Assembly: GCA_964516805.1 (NCBI GenBank)
Contig: CAZEXI010000002.1
Span: forward strand, 3,321 to 67,320
DNA: 64,000 bases
Direction of reading: 5' to 3'
From: an uncultured Thermoplasmata archaeon
GTDB lineage: Archaea > Thermoplasmatota > Thermoplasmata > Halarchaeoplasmatales > Halarchaeoplasmataceae
The notes beneath the pieces are model-generated. The model made no database searches, was not told where the DNA came from, and saw only the letters and a list, made by a program, of their open reading frames with translations. This document shows, in pieces, positions 9,368 through 20,324 of this stretch. The translations under genes were made by a program, and so were the position numbers. The stretch's first letter is position 1. Each line of letters begins with the position of its first letter.

Positions 9368-10228
9368 ATGAATCATCACTCATTCCTAGATAATTTTTCG
9401 ATCTGGTTAGGACTTCCGTTTTTGTGGAATAAGAAATATTTCAGGAATAATATCGAAAGTCCTGGGGTCAAAGATTCTCTTTATGATATCAAACTAGATT
9501 TTCCTAAAATAAATGGAGAAGGGGAATATAAAGTAAAAGCTGATTCAAATAATGGAAAGATGAATGCTAAATTTAAGGTTAAACTTGATAGAGGAAAAAA
9601 ATTTCCAACTATTATATATCATCATGGAAACGCTGAAAGTCCTTATGATAAAGGATTTAATAAAATATTTTCAAAGAAAAAAGGAGATATTAACGCTAAT
9701 CTTATAGTTGTAAGAGAACCATTCCAGGACTCACTAAGAACATATATGAACAAGTTAAAGAATCTAGAGAATTTCGTATACATGTTAGCGACCACAGTGA
9801 AGACTACTGAAGAAATAATAGCTCAATACAGAAGTTCGAGCAACAATATAGTTTCAGGTATTAGTTTAGGAGGATGGGTTACTAACATGCATCGTGCTTA
9901 CTATAATACTGCAGACCATTACGTGCCTCTGCTAGCTGGAGCTAAATTGGGTGATCTATTCACTGACTCGACATATAGAAAGATCACCTCGGATAAGGCG
10001 CTTAAAGAAAAAGAGAAAGTCAAAAACACCTTAAATTTTGAAGATGATTTTAAGTCTATCAAATCAAATAATGTTCATCCATTACTGGCAAGATACGACC
10101 AATACATAGAATATGATGTTCAAAAAACATCTTATGGGGATCTAGATATCAATGTAATAGATAAAGGTCATATTACAGCAGCTAGATCTTATGATATACT
10201 AAGAGATCACATCTTATCTCAGCTATGA
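9368..10228 (+). CDS. alpha/beta-hydrolase fold protein (GxSxG nucleophile elbow GISLGG)
   Basis: HHGNAES...GISLGGW motif arrangement. Confidence 0.5.
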   Translation: MNHHSFLDNFSIWLGLPFLWNKKYFRNNIESPGVKDSLYDIKLDFPKINGEGEYKVKADSNNGKMNAKFKVKLDRGKKFPTIIYHHGNAESPYDKGFNKIFSKKKGDINANLIVVREPFQDSLRTYMNKLKNLENFVYMLATTVKTTEEIIAQYRSSSNNIVSGISLGGWVTNMHRAYYNTADHYVPLLAGAKLGDLFTDSTYRKITSDKALKEKEKVKNTLNFEDDFKSIKSNNVHPLLARYDQYIEYDVQKTSYGDLDINVIDKGHITAARSYDILRDHILSQL

Positions 10229-10617
10229 TTCTTTTTTATTCTATCTGCTTTGTATAAAAATCTTTCTTATTGAATTATAAATAGACAAAATTTTGATGGA
10301 TGCTTTTCTTTAATTAATTCGAATTTTGTTCAATAAGGTCTTTAAAGGAGCTTATGTAATTATCAATCGCCAGCAGGGGTAATTTAGTTAGCCTTACCTT
10401 CCATACCAACCAATGCTATCTTTTTTATCCCCTGTTGGCATACAATTTTCTCTTTAGTATTAGTTCAAAATTGATAACAATTACACATTTGTTAATTACA
10501 ATATTTGATTAAATTATCTATTTTTAGAAAATCCTGAAAAATTATTTATAACGCCTTTAATCATCTTTTATTGTTACAAATCATGTATGATACATCACGA
10601 TAATCACCCTCCCTCCC

Positions 10618-10632
10618 TTTTTTGTTTTTTTT
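10618..10632 (+). terminator. plus-strand oligo-T tract (ccctccctcccttttttgtttttttt) ending a possible 10.27-10.63 kb transcript
   Basis: long T run on the + strand; it is an A run for the adjacent minus-strand gene, so it cannot serve that gene. Confidence 0.3.
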
Positions 10633-10646
10633 AGCTATTATTTATC

Positions 10647-12875
10647 TCAGTAATATCTTCTTTTAACATAGACCATAACTATTGATACAAATACGCAAAT
10701 AGCCCCTATAAGGACATATTTGTTTTCCGATATAGATTGGGCATTATCTTTATTTTTATTCTTATTAGTGTATTCTGAAAGGACAATTTCTGAGATCAAT
10801 TTTGATTCATTAGTTGTCTCATTTCGGATATATTTTTCACTTTTAACTATATTTTTTACTTTTTTTGAATAATAAAAAAGGTTGTATTCCTTGATTTCGT
10901 TATAATCATCTTCATTTGAATATTCTTTTATAACGTAAACATCAAATGTTCCAGCACCTACTGTTATCTCTCTCTTATCCAAACATGAATACCTCAGTCT
11001 TTTTATATCTGGATCGAAATTAGATGACTTTTTATACTTCCCAGATGACAAGTCCCATTCCTTACCTACTCTTAAAGGTTTTATTATGCAGTTTCTAGGA
11101 GGTACAAAGAAATTCTCGTCTGTTTCCAAAAGTGCAAATCCTTTTTTTGTCCTATATTCAAACCATTCACTTTTAACTTCTGAACTACCGTATTCAGCTG
11201 ATATACTTTTTTTTACTTTATAACATTCAAAAACAACACCTTTACGTTCTTTTTTTATGGAATCAGAAACAATTTCCACTTCCTTAAAATAATCATCATC
11301 TCCTTTCTTTACGTACGTCCACTTATCTCCCACATCATAATCTAGAGTGTAACGATTTTCCCCATAATTATCAGATATAGACAGAACCTGGATGCTCGTT
11401 TTATCTGATAAGTCACTTTCACCATTTTCTCCTTCGGCAGTTATTCTGTAGTGATAATATGAACCAAAAACAACATCATTATCAATTAAAGTGGTTTTAT
11501 TTTTATTAACAGAATCATAATATTCGTACTCCTCCTTATCTATATGGTATCCATAATCATTATATCTCTCACATCTATATATATTGAATTTTTCTATTTT
11601 AATTTCATCAGCATTAGTTGGTTTTTCCCACTCTAGATGTACTTCACCCCTTTTTTGTTCTATTGTTAGATTTTGAGGGGGTGTCAGTACTGAGCTAAGT
11701 TTATAAAAATATCCCTCTTTAGAGATTAGACTACTTTTTTTACACCCTAAATAAATATTCCCTTCCTTATCCATCGTAGGTGAAGTCATATCTAGTTCAG
11801 TATTTATTTTTAAATCACACAATAATGAACCGTTTTTATCATAGGCATAAATTCCTGTATAACCAATAAAAGATCCATCTCCAGCCATGTAAATAGTACC
11901 AGAATCATCTATCATCAAGTCATTATCATTAGTTTCAACCGTTTTTTCCCAAATTTTATTACCTTCTTTATCGAAGGAATATAACGTCCCCATAGGTTCT
12001 ACAGCATAAACCCTGTCTTCACCTATCGCTATGGTCGTTTTCCAATAAGTACTATATCTAGAAAAAATATTCCTTTTCCATCTTAAATTACCTTCAGAAT
12101 TTAAAGAATATATATATCCATCACTAGAACCAAAATATATATTCCCTTCCTTAGAAACAGAAGCTGATCCTAAGATTTCTCCCTGTGTCTTAAACGACCA
12201 TTGTTTGTCTCCAGTTTGATCTACAGCATAGAGTCGGTTATCCCAACTTCCAAAATAGATAGTTCCATTATTACCAATAGCAGAGCTTGAATCAATCCAA
12301 TTTTCACTTTTAAAGGTCCCAATTATATTTCCATCGGGATCCATAGAGTAAAACACCCCATATTGAGATTCAATTGTAGCTCCAAAATATATTCTTCCGC
12401 TTTTTCCTATTGTTGGTGATGTTATGGGGGCTAGTTCATAAATCTGGACCTTCCACTCGATAGTTCCATTGGAGTTTACTTTGTAAAAATAACCGTCGGT
12501 AGTTCCTACATAGATAAAACCTAGATTACTAACAGCAGGAGAAGTTTTAATTTCACCAGTTTTAACGGACCACTTTTCTTCCCCTGTTTTATTTAAAGCA
12601 TACAAATAACCATCACTAGATCCAAAATAAATAGAACCATTAGGTCCGACAACTGCCTTTGATGAAACAGCACCACATTCACTAAAGTTCCAATCTATAC
12701 CTAGATCGTTGAATTCACCTGAAGCATCAGTCCTGCATGTATTTCTGGCATTTTGACCAAAACAAGGACTTGGACTTTCTGCCAATCCTTCCCCATGAAT
12801 AGTCCTTAAAGAAGAACCAATAAATATCGGAAATAAAATCGTAAATACTATAAAGTACGTAATTACCTTCCTCAT
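10647..12875 (-). CDS. cell-surface protein with PQQ-like beta-propeller repeats, fibronectin-III-like region and C-terminal TM anchor
   Basis: repeated IYFGSSDGYLYALN-type blades; N-terminal signal peptide; C-terminus LIGAICVFVSIVMVYVKRRYY. Confidence 0.7.
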   Translation of the reverse strand: MRKVITYFIVFTILFPIFIGSSLRTIHGEGLAESPSPCFGQNARNTCRTDASGEFNDLGIDWNFSECGAVSSKAVVGPNGSIYFGSSDGYLYALNKTGEEKWSVKTGEIKTSPAVSNLGFIYVGTTDGYFYKVNSNGTIEWKVQIYELAPITSPTIGKSGRIYFGATIESQYGVFYSMDPDGNIIGTFKSENWIDSSSAIGNNGTIYFGSWDNRLYAVDQTGDKQWSFKTQGEILGSASVSKEGNIYFGSSDGYIYSLNSEGNLRWKRNIFSRYSTYWKTTIAIGEDRVYAVEPMGTLYSFDKEGNKIWEKTVETNDNDLMIDDSGTIYMAGDGSFIGYTGIYAYDKNGSLLCDLKINTELDMTSPTMDKEGNIYLGCKKSSLISKEGYFYKLSSVLTPPQNLTIEQKRGEVHLEWEKPTNADEIKIEKFNIYRCERYNDYGYHIDKEEYEYYDSVNKNKTTLIDNDVVFGSYYHYRITAEGENGESDLSDKTSIQVLSISDNYGENRYTLDYDVGDKWTYVKKGDDDYFKEVEIVSDSIKKERKGVVFECYKVKKSISAEYGSSEVKSEWFEYRTKKGFALLETDENFFVPPRNCIIKPLRVGKEWDLSSGKYKKSSNFDPDIKRLRYSCLDKREITVGAGTFDVYVIKEYSNEDDYNEIKEYNLFYYSKKVKNIVKSEKYIRNETTNESKLISEIVLSEYTNKNKNKDNAQSISENKYVLIGAICVFVSIVMVYVKRRYY

Positions 12876-12990
12876 GATTAATCAGATTTCTCATATATTA
12901 ACTATATATATCCTTTTTCATTTGATATAAATGATTTCTTTAAAAAAATTTTTTAACCAATAATTTATTAAGGTTAATATGTTAAAAAAA

Positions 12991-13064
12991 CGGACCCTGG
13001 GGGATTCGAACCCCCGTCCTCGGCTCCGAAGGCCAAAAGGATATCCAGACTACCCTAAGGGCCC
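12991..13064 (-). tRNA. tRNA-Arg (anticodon TCG)
   Basis: reverse complement GGGCCCT..TTGGC-CTTCGGA-GCCGA..GGGGGTTCGAATCCCCC..AGGGTCC-G folds as a cloverleaf; anticodon loop CU-UCG-GA; oligo-T follows the 3' end. Confidence 0.8.
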
Positions 13065-13169
13065 AAAATCAGACCTTTTATTATTTATCTTAATATTGAT
13101 TAAATGGGCTTTCAACTGTTGTTTATAATGGTGTAAGATATATCATTTTCCATGAAAATATGTTATTTA

Positions 13170-13916
13170 TTATTTCTTAACTTTATATCTCATAAATATA
13201 TGACCATCACCTTCAACTTCTGCTGATATAAATTCAAGGTCAGTTGGCCACTCATCATCTTTTAGATCAGGTGATGCAAACAGATTGGGTGTTTCGAATC
13301 CACCTATTACAACAGGATTAAATCGTATATTGATTTCATCCAACAAACCTTTCCTGAGAAGAGCTCCAGATAATCTTCCTCCTGAACCAGTTATAATATT
13401 TTCAACATCTAATTTAGATCTTAATTTTTTAAAAACCTTTTCTAGATCTACTCTTTCATCTCCTGCTATCAAATATGGAATTTCATTCTTCTGTAGAAAT
13501 GCTAGATACTTATCAGATACACTATTAGAGACCAAGTGAAGCATAGGTTTCGTTTCTTCACCTTTATATCCGCTTCTTAAACGCCCTCTTCCATCCACTA
13601 CTGCCAGCCAGCCTTCACGTCCAGGTTTATCAACAATATTCTCCGGTAAAAAATCTTGGTATAATGATTGTGGATCACCATCAAATGGTTCGAGTTCCCT
13701 TAATTCCTCATCTTCTTTAACCAGCATATTGCTTCCTTCCATCCAAACTTCAGGTTCATGTTCGTCCTCGATCAGTTTAGAAAATTCCTGCCATTCTTCT
13801 TCTGTACCTAAAACTTTATCTCTCTCGTCCATATCCATCATGGTTCGATTTGGACCTAAAGATATTCTTCCATCTATTGAAGCTGAAACATACAAAGTCA
13901 CATACGGTCTATCCAT
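13170..13916 (-). CDS. RibD C-terminal-domain (dihydrofolate-reductase-like) reductase, probable diaminohydroxyphosphoribosylaminopyrimidine reductase, carrying a ~70-aa acidic insertion
   Basis: RPYVTLYVSASIDGRI N-terminus and GSGGRLSGALLRKGLLDEINIRFNPVVIGG C-terminal signature. Confidence 0.6.
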   Translation of the reverse strand: MDRPYVTLYVSASIDGRISLGPNRTMMDMDERDKVLGTEEEWQEFSKLIEDEHEPEVWMEGSNMLVKEDEELRELEPFDGDPQSLYQDFLPENIVDKPGREGWLAVVDGRGRLRSGYKGEETKPMLHLVSNSVSDKYLAFLQKNEIPYLIAGDERVDLEKVFKKLRSKLDVENIITGSGGRLSGALLRKGLLDEINIRFNPVVIGGFETPNLFASPDLKDDEWPTDLEFISAEVEGDGHIFMRYKVKK

Positions 13917-13997
13917 CTTATTTCTCCTTTATTCATTACTAAGAGTACTAGAAACTACTCTCTAGATATTACTTTTTCTGTTAGAAAAATAGAAAAG

Positions 13998-14070
13998 TAG
14001 CCCTGGGCGGATTCGAACCGCCGTTACGGGGACCAGAACCCCGCATGATTGACCACTACACTACAGGGCT
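13998..14070 (-). tRNA. tRNA-Gln (anticodon CTG), archaeal type with A1 and A73
   Basis: reverse complement AGCCCTGTAGTGTAGTGGTCAATCATGCGGGGTTCTGGTCCCCGTAACGGCGGTTCGAATCCGCCCAGGGCT-A; anticodon stem CGGGG/CCCCG; loop TTCTGGT. Confidence 0.85.
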
Positions 14071-14194
14071 AATTCACGCTGCAAAATTAAGCGGGTTTCT
14101 ATCAACTCATCACAGATGAATGAGACCTTATTTAAAAATTTTACTAGTTCAACTTTATATATGCCCTTCTTATTTTAAATATGAGGTTTATTAA

Positions 14195-14380
14195 ATGAAA
14201 AATTTAGAGGTTGCTTTAATAGCCTTGATGTCAACAACTGCAGCTGTACTAACATGGTATATCCTCAACCAATTTACAGGTGGAGAAAATGCATTTTTAA
14301 GCTCTTACTACAGTATCCTTATATTTCCACCGATATTTGTAGCACTGTTTTTATATCTAAGAAAATACAGAAGTTCTTGA
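14195..14380 (+). CDS. small membrane protein (2 TM), hypothetical
   Basis: 61-aa hydrophobic ORF. Confidence 0.3.
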   Translation: MKNLEVALIALMSTTAAVLTWYILNQFTGGENAFLSSYYSILIFPPIFVALFLYLRKYRSS

Positions 14381-14388
14381 AATCTAAA

Positions 14389-14805
14389 TCACCTTTTATA
14401 TTTATAGAGTAGGTAATCTTCGTGTTTCTCAGCAATCTCGAATCCTTCTTCTTCCAATAGTTCCTTGGTAGGTTCGTTTCCTTTCAGGACTTTAGTTCTG
14501 ATCGGATCATCAGTATTATCGATTGCATATCTTAACATCATTCTACCTACTCCCATCCTTCTATGATTATCCAGAACTCCTAGATGTTCCAAAAGTAATC
14601 CGTCTCTACCCACAACTATTACGATTCCTACAGCTTTATCGCCGCGCCATGCTACTGCAGAACATTCTTCTACTGCATCTAAAAGTGATCTTTCGAGTTC
14701 TTTCTGTATCTCCCAGTGTGTATGGCCTTCAGGAAATATGCTATATACTAAATCTACCAGATTTTCTCTGTCCAGAGAATCCAAAGGACGGGCTGTTACT
14801 TTCAT
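14389..14805 (-). CDS. GNAT family N-acetyltransferase
   Basis: acetyl-CoA binding motif HRRMGVGRMMLRYAID. Confidence 0.7.
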   Translation of the reverse strand: MKVTARPLDSLDRENLVDLVYSIFPEGHTHWEIQKELERSLLDAVEECSAVAWRGDKAVGIVIVVGRDGLLLEHLGVLDNHRRMGVGRMMLRYAIDNTDDPIRTKVLKGNEPTKELLEEEGFEIAEKHEDYLLYKYKR

Positions 14806-14888
14806 CGTCTTGTAGTATTGATTAGTCTAATAAAAGTATTTTGCAAAAAGTTCATTGTAACATTTTAGTAGGAGTTCAAATATGAGCC

Positions 14889-16975
<2,087 letters not shown>

Positions 16976-17008
16976 ATCTTTTTATCAACCTATTCATATA
17001 ACCCGAAT

Positions 17009-18211
17009 ATGACAAATCAGTGCATTAAATGTAAAAAAGAGATCGATGAGCTTTATTACTTATGCACTGACTGTGCTAAAGAAGCTTTTTCAGATAATAT
17101 TTTTTGGACAGCATGTGAACCTCTTATCACAGAACCTGTTGTTAACAGATTCAGAGAACATTCAGAAACGATCTTGACAATCGGTGAAAGAGAGGAAAAC
17201 ATACTTTTCGAACAGGGTGAAACTGTAGAAGAAGAGATTGAGTCTTTTGATCCAGAAAAGGAAAAGGATTACAGAACTGTACTTGAAAAGATGAACAGTA
17301 TATTAGGGGAGATGGGAGTTACAAAAGACCTCAAAAAAGATGATTATTTTTTATCTAAAAAAGATGTCCAAGTATTATCTAAATTGTTTTTAAAGATCGA
17401 AAAGATAGAGCGTGAATTTTCAGATATTGAAGGTAATTCATCTTTATATCTTAGATTTGGTAATCTTTTCTTTTATACAGCATTGAAATCTAATATAGAC
17501 ATCTTTGAACCTGATTTCAGAGATAAGATCGTCAATGATATGTTTAGAGAGGCTGAAGGTTTTTATACACTATCGATACGAGCAGAAGAAGGAAACGATA
17601 CAGCACATAAAAATATGGGTCAATTGTTCCTAGAGAAAGAAGAACCTGAAAGAGCTCTTGAATCAATTAAAAAATCTTTGAACTTAAATGAAGATGAAGA
17701 AACAAAAAAATTATTGATCAAAGCACTGATCAAATCCAACAAATTGAAAGAAGCTGAAGGTAAGCTCGATGAGTTGGAAGAGGACAGCGAATACTGGATA
17801 TTGAAGGGAGATATAAACAAAGAAAAAGGAGGATGGGGAAGAGCGATCCAGCTTTACCAGGAATCCGATTTAGATCAAGCCATAAAAAAAGAAGCTGAGC
17901 AATTTTTAGAAAACGAAAGATATGATAAAGCTCTAAAAGCATATGATAAATATCTTGAAAAACAGGAAAACGATCATACAGCTTTGAAAGGTAAAGCAAG
18001 ATGTTTATTCGAACTGGACAAAAAGGACGAATCTCTAGACCAAATCAAAAAATCAATTTCCTTAGACGGCCAGGATGATGAAAAATGGTTCATCTTTGGC
18101 AATATTCTAGAAGATAGAGAAGAAATAGAAAATGCTAAAGATGCTTTTCAAAATGCATTCAAACTAAATCCAAAAAATAAAGAAGCAAAAGAAAAGTTAG
18201 AAAGTTTATAA
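17009..18211 (+). CDS. TPR-repeat protein with N-terminal CxxC..CxxC zinc ribbon
   Basis: CIKCKKEIDELYYLCTDCAKE N-terminus; TPR-like helical repeats in the C-terminal half. Confidence 0.55.
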   Translation: MTNQCIKCKKEIDELYYLCTDCAKEAFSDNIFWTACEPLITEPVVNRFREHSETILTIGEREENILFEQGETVEEEIESFDPEKEKDYRTVLEKMNSILGEMGVTKDLKKDDYFLSKKDVQVLSKLFLKIEKIEREFSDIEGNSSLYLRFGNLFFYTALKSNIDIFEPDFRDKIVNDMFREAEGFYTLSIRAEEGNDTAHKNMGQLFLEKEEPERALESIKKSLNLNEDEETKKLLIKALIKSNKLKEAEGKLDELEEDSEYWILKGDINKEKGGWGRAIQLYQESDLDQAIKKEAEQFLENERYDKALKAYDKYLEKQENDHTALKGKARCLFELDKKDESLDQIKKSISLDGQDDEKWFIFGNILEDREEIENAKDAFQNAFKLNPKNKEAKEKLESL

Positions 18212-18373
18212 TGGCCAGTTCCACTTTGCAAACTCTAAGAACACCATCATGCCGATGGCGAAACCTATCACTAATCTTGGATCAATTTTTGGGCTTTTGT
18301 CATCCTCTTCGTCAAAGTATCGCATAAGTCCCGCAGCGGATTGGAAACCTCCACCACCTTCTTGTCTTGCCAT
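18206..18373 (-). CDS. secG: preprotein translocase subunit Sec61-beta/SecG (archaeal), 55 aa, not in the supplied ORF track
   Basis: manual translation MARQEGGGGFQSAAGLMRYFDEEDDKSPKIDPRLVIGFAIGMMVFLEFAKWNWPL; AGLMRYFDE plus a C-terminal TM is the Sec61-beta signature; stop overlaps the convergent TPR gene by 6 nt. Confidence 0.75.
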   Translation of the reverse strand: MARQEGGGGFQSAAGLMRYFDEEDDKSPKIDPRLVIGFAIGMMVFLEFAKWNWPL

Positions 18374-18413
18374 ATTTTCACCTAGTTATATTGATTATAT
18401 TTAATTGTTATGC

Positions 18414-19973
18414 TTATCTCAGCTTTCCCCCATCCTTTAAAACTATCGATGAAGTCGATCCACTCTCTTTAAGCAACCTTTGTAACTTTTCTGCATACTG
18501 CTTTCCAGTAGAATCGATCATATCGCCTATAAATATCGATAGATGTTCTCCTGACTCGACTTCAGTCTCAGAATATTTCCACTGATGAGAAGATTCTTTT
18601 CCGAACGCTACTAGAAATCCATACGCCAATGCTTTCATCCTAGTATCCTGGATCTTTTTATTCTCGATATATTTTACAGCCTCGTTAGGACCTTCGGTTT
18701 TGTACTTTATAGTCACGTCATGTGCAAATTTTGCTTTCGGTGGTAATTTCTCGAATTCAGGTATATCTTTCAGTTTTTCTTTCTTTTCCCTATAATCGAT
18801 AAGATCTCTTAAAACATCTCTTGGTTTTTCATCTTCTTTTTCTACCCTATCATAATATTCCTGTACTATTTCTTTATCATCTACCAAACTTTTGATAGCG
18901 AGTTTACCATATCTTGACCATACTTTACTCAATAATTCATTGACCGTACCTTCTCTTAGAACCAATCCATCTAATCTTCCCAATATAGCTCTTAGAACTG
19001 GTTTTTCCCATTCTTCATACTTGAGGTCAGATACGAAGACTTTTTTATCTTTTCCATAACACGAGTTTCCAACAGCAAATATATTGGACCTTGATTCTAA
19101 TCTCTCAAAGGCATGATCTCTAAAATCTTTCAAAAATGCTCTATCCGATATCTTTCCAAAATATTTATCTCTTAAATCGTTGGGAACGGAGATATCCCCT
19201 TCAAATACACATCTTTTACAATCAGCTCTGCACTCCATTTTATAATCTGCATCGACTGAAAATGATTTTGAATTATCGGATGAGATCATCTTGCTCGATA
19301 TATCGATGAATAGATTTGCATCTTTCTTAGCACATTGGCTGCATACAAAAAAGGTTACATCAGCAGCAGGCCAATCTAATTTCATAACCGAACGATCGTA
19401 TTCATCAGAGGTATGTCCACACCTGTACACACCGTCATTTTCATCAAAATCATAAGGTACATTATCGACAGCATTTTTGACGAATTCTTCAGGTGGGTCA
19501 TCTTCCTTTCCGGTACAGACGACATGATCACCCACTGAATAGAAATAATAACCTTTTTTTGATTCTGGTGTATATGTAAGTAACCTCACTTTTGGATCGT
19601 TAAAATGTTGAACACCTATAAGTCTTTCTTTATCAGCTTTACCCCTTTTAGCGTAAACTAATTCGCCTTCTGGTGTCCTCGCCCTTGCTAATAAAGGTGC
19701 TTTTTCCTGCTTAGCCAATAACATAGCGCTAGCAACTGCTTTAGATAAATCTGAACCCCTTTTGGCATATTTCTTCAGTTTATCCTCATCATCCTTGTAT
19801 TTCTCGATCTTCTTTATCTTCTTCTCGTCCCTGCTGTACTTACAAAGTAAACAGCTTCCTTTACATTCAGGAATAACTCTCAAAGGATTTTCAGCTATAT
19901 CTTTGGCAGTTTTAACAAGCTTTTTCTCCTGGATTTTACTAGCTCTTTTTGGATTTCTACTTCTAAATGCCAT
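18414..19973 (-). CDS. conserved hypothetical Cys-rich protein with two CX3CX2C clusters plus CxxC (possible Fe-S or Zn binding)
   Basis: ECKGSCLLCKY and ECRADCKRCVF motifs; FFVCSQCAKK; directly upstream of secG on the same strand. Confidence 0.5.
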   Translation of the reverse strand: MAFRSRNPKRASKIQEKKLVKTAKDIAENPLRVIPECKGSCLLCKYSRDEKKIKKIEKYKDDEDKLKKYAKRGSDLSKAVASAMLLAKQEKAPLLARARTPEGELVYAKRGKADKERLIGVQHFNDPKVRLLTYTPESKKGYYFYSVGDHVVCTGKEDDPPEEFVKNAVDNVPYDFDENDGVYRCGHTSDEYDRSVMKLDWPAADVTFFVCSQCAKKDANLFIDISSKMISSDNSKSFSVDADYKMECRADCKRCVFEGDISVPNDLRDKYFGKISDRAFLKDFRDHAFERLESRSNIFAVGNSCYGKDKKVFVSDLKYEEWEKPVLRAILGRLDGLVLREGTVNELLSKVWSRYGKLAIKSLVDDKEIVQEYYDRVEKEDEKPRDVLRDLIDYREKKEKLKDIPEFEKLPPKAKFAHDVTIKYKTEGPNEAVKYIENKKIQDTRMKALAYGFLVAFGKESSHQWKYSETEVESGEHLSIFIGDMIDSTGKQYAEKLQRLLKESGSTSSIVLKDGGKLR

Positions 19974-20014
19974 TTTAGTACAATAAACCGGGATTCTTAA
20001 TAAAAGTTTGGAGT

Positions 20015-20212
20015 TTACTCTCTTTTAAAATATAGACCAGTTGGTCTTTTTGCGTACTTCCTTGCCTTTTTAGCTCTTACAATCTCCTTGGCCACATCCA
20101 TCTTCCTTGGGAATTTCTCTGGTTTTTCTATCCCTACCTTCTTAGCCATCTTGTTCAATTCTACTCGTTTATATTCTTCAACTAGTTCCTCGGGATCCTT
20201 GATATCCTCCAT
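20015..20212 (-). CDS. small basic protein with Rho_N/SAP-like helix-extension-helix motif
   Basis: ELNKMAKKVGIEKPEKFPRKMDVAKEIV resembles a Rho-N/SAP motif; lysine-rich tail. Confidence 0.4.
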   Translation of the reverse strand: MEDIKDPEELVEEYKRVELNKMAKKVGIEKPEKFPRKMDVAKEIVRAKKARKYAKRPTGLYFKRE

Positions 20213-20324
20213 AATATCATTTTATAATATGAAATTACTATTATTTTTAACTTTTGAAGGTTTTACCCTGCATAAACATTTCAGAGGAAAAACATATAAC
20301 TGCCATATTAGATTGTAAAGCGAT

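Noticed and set aside
18541-18600. TTCCACTG element resembling half of an archaeal mini-ORB origin box, near RFC and the Cys-rich gene
   Set aside because: It is a single copy inside a coding region, with no inverted partner and no AT-rich unwinding element or cdc6 gene nearby
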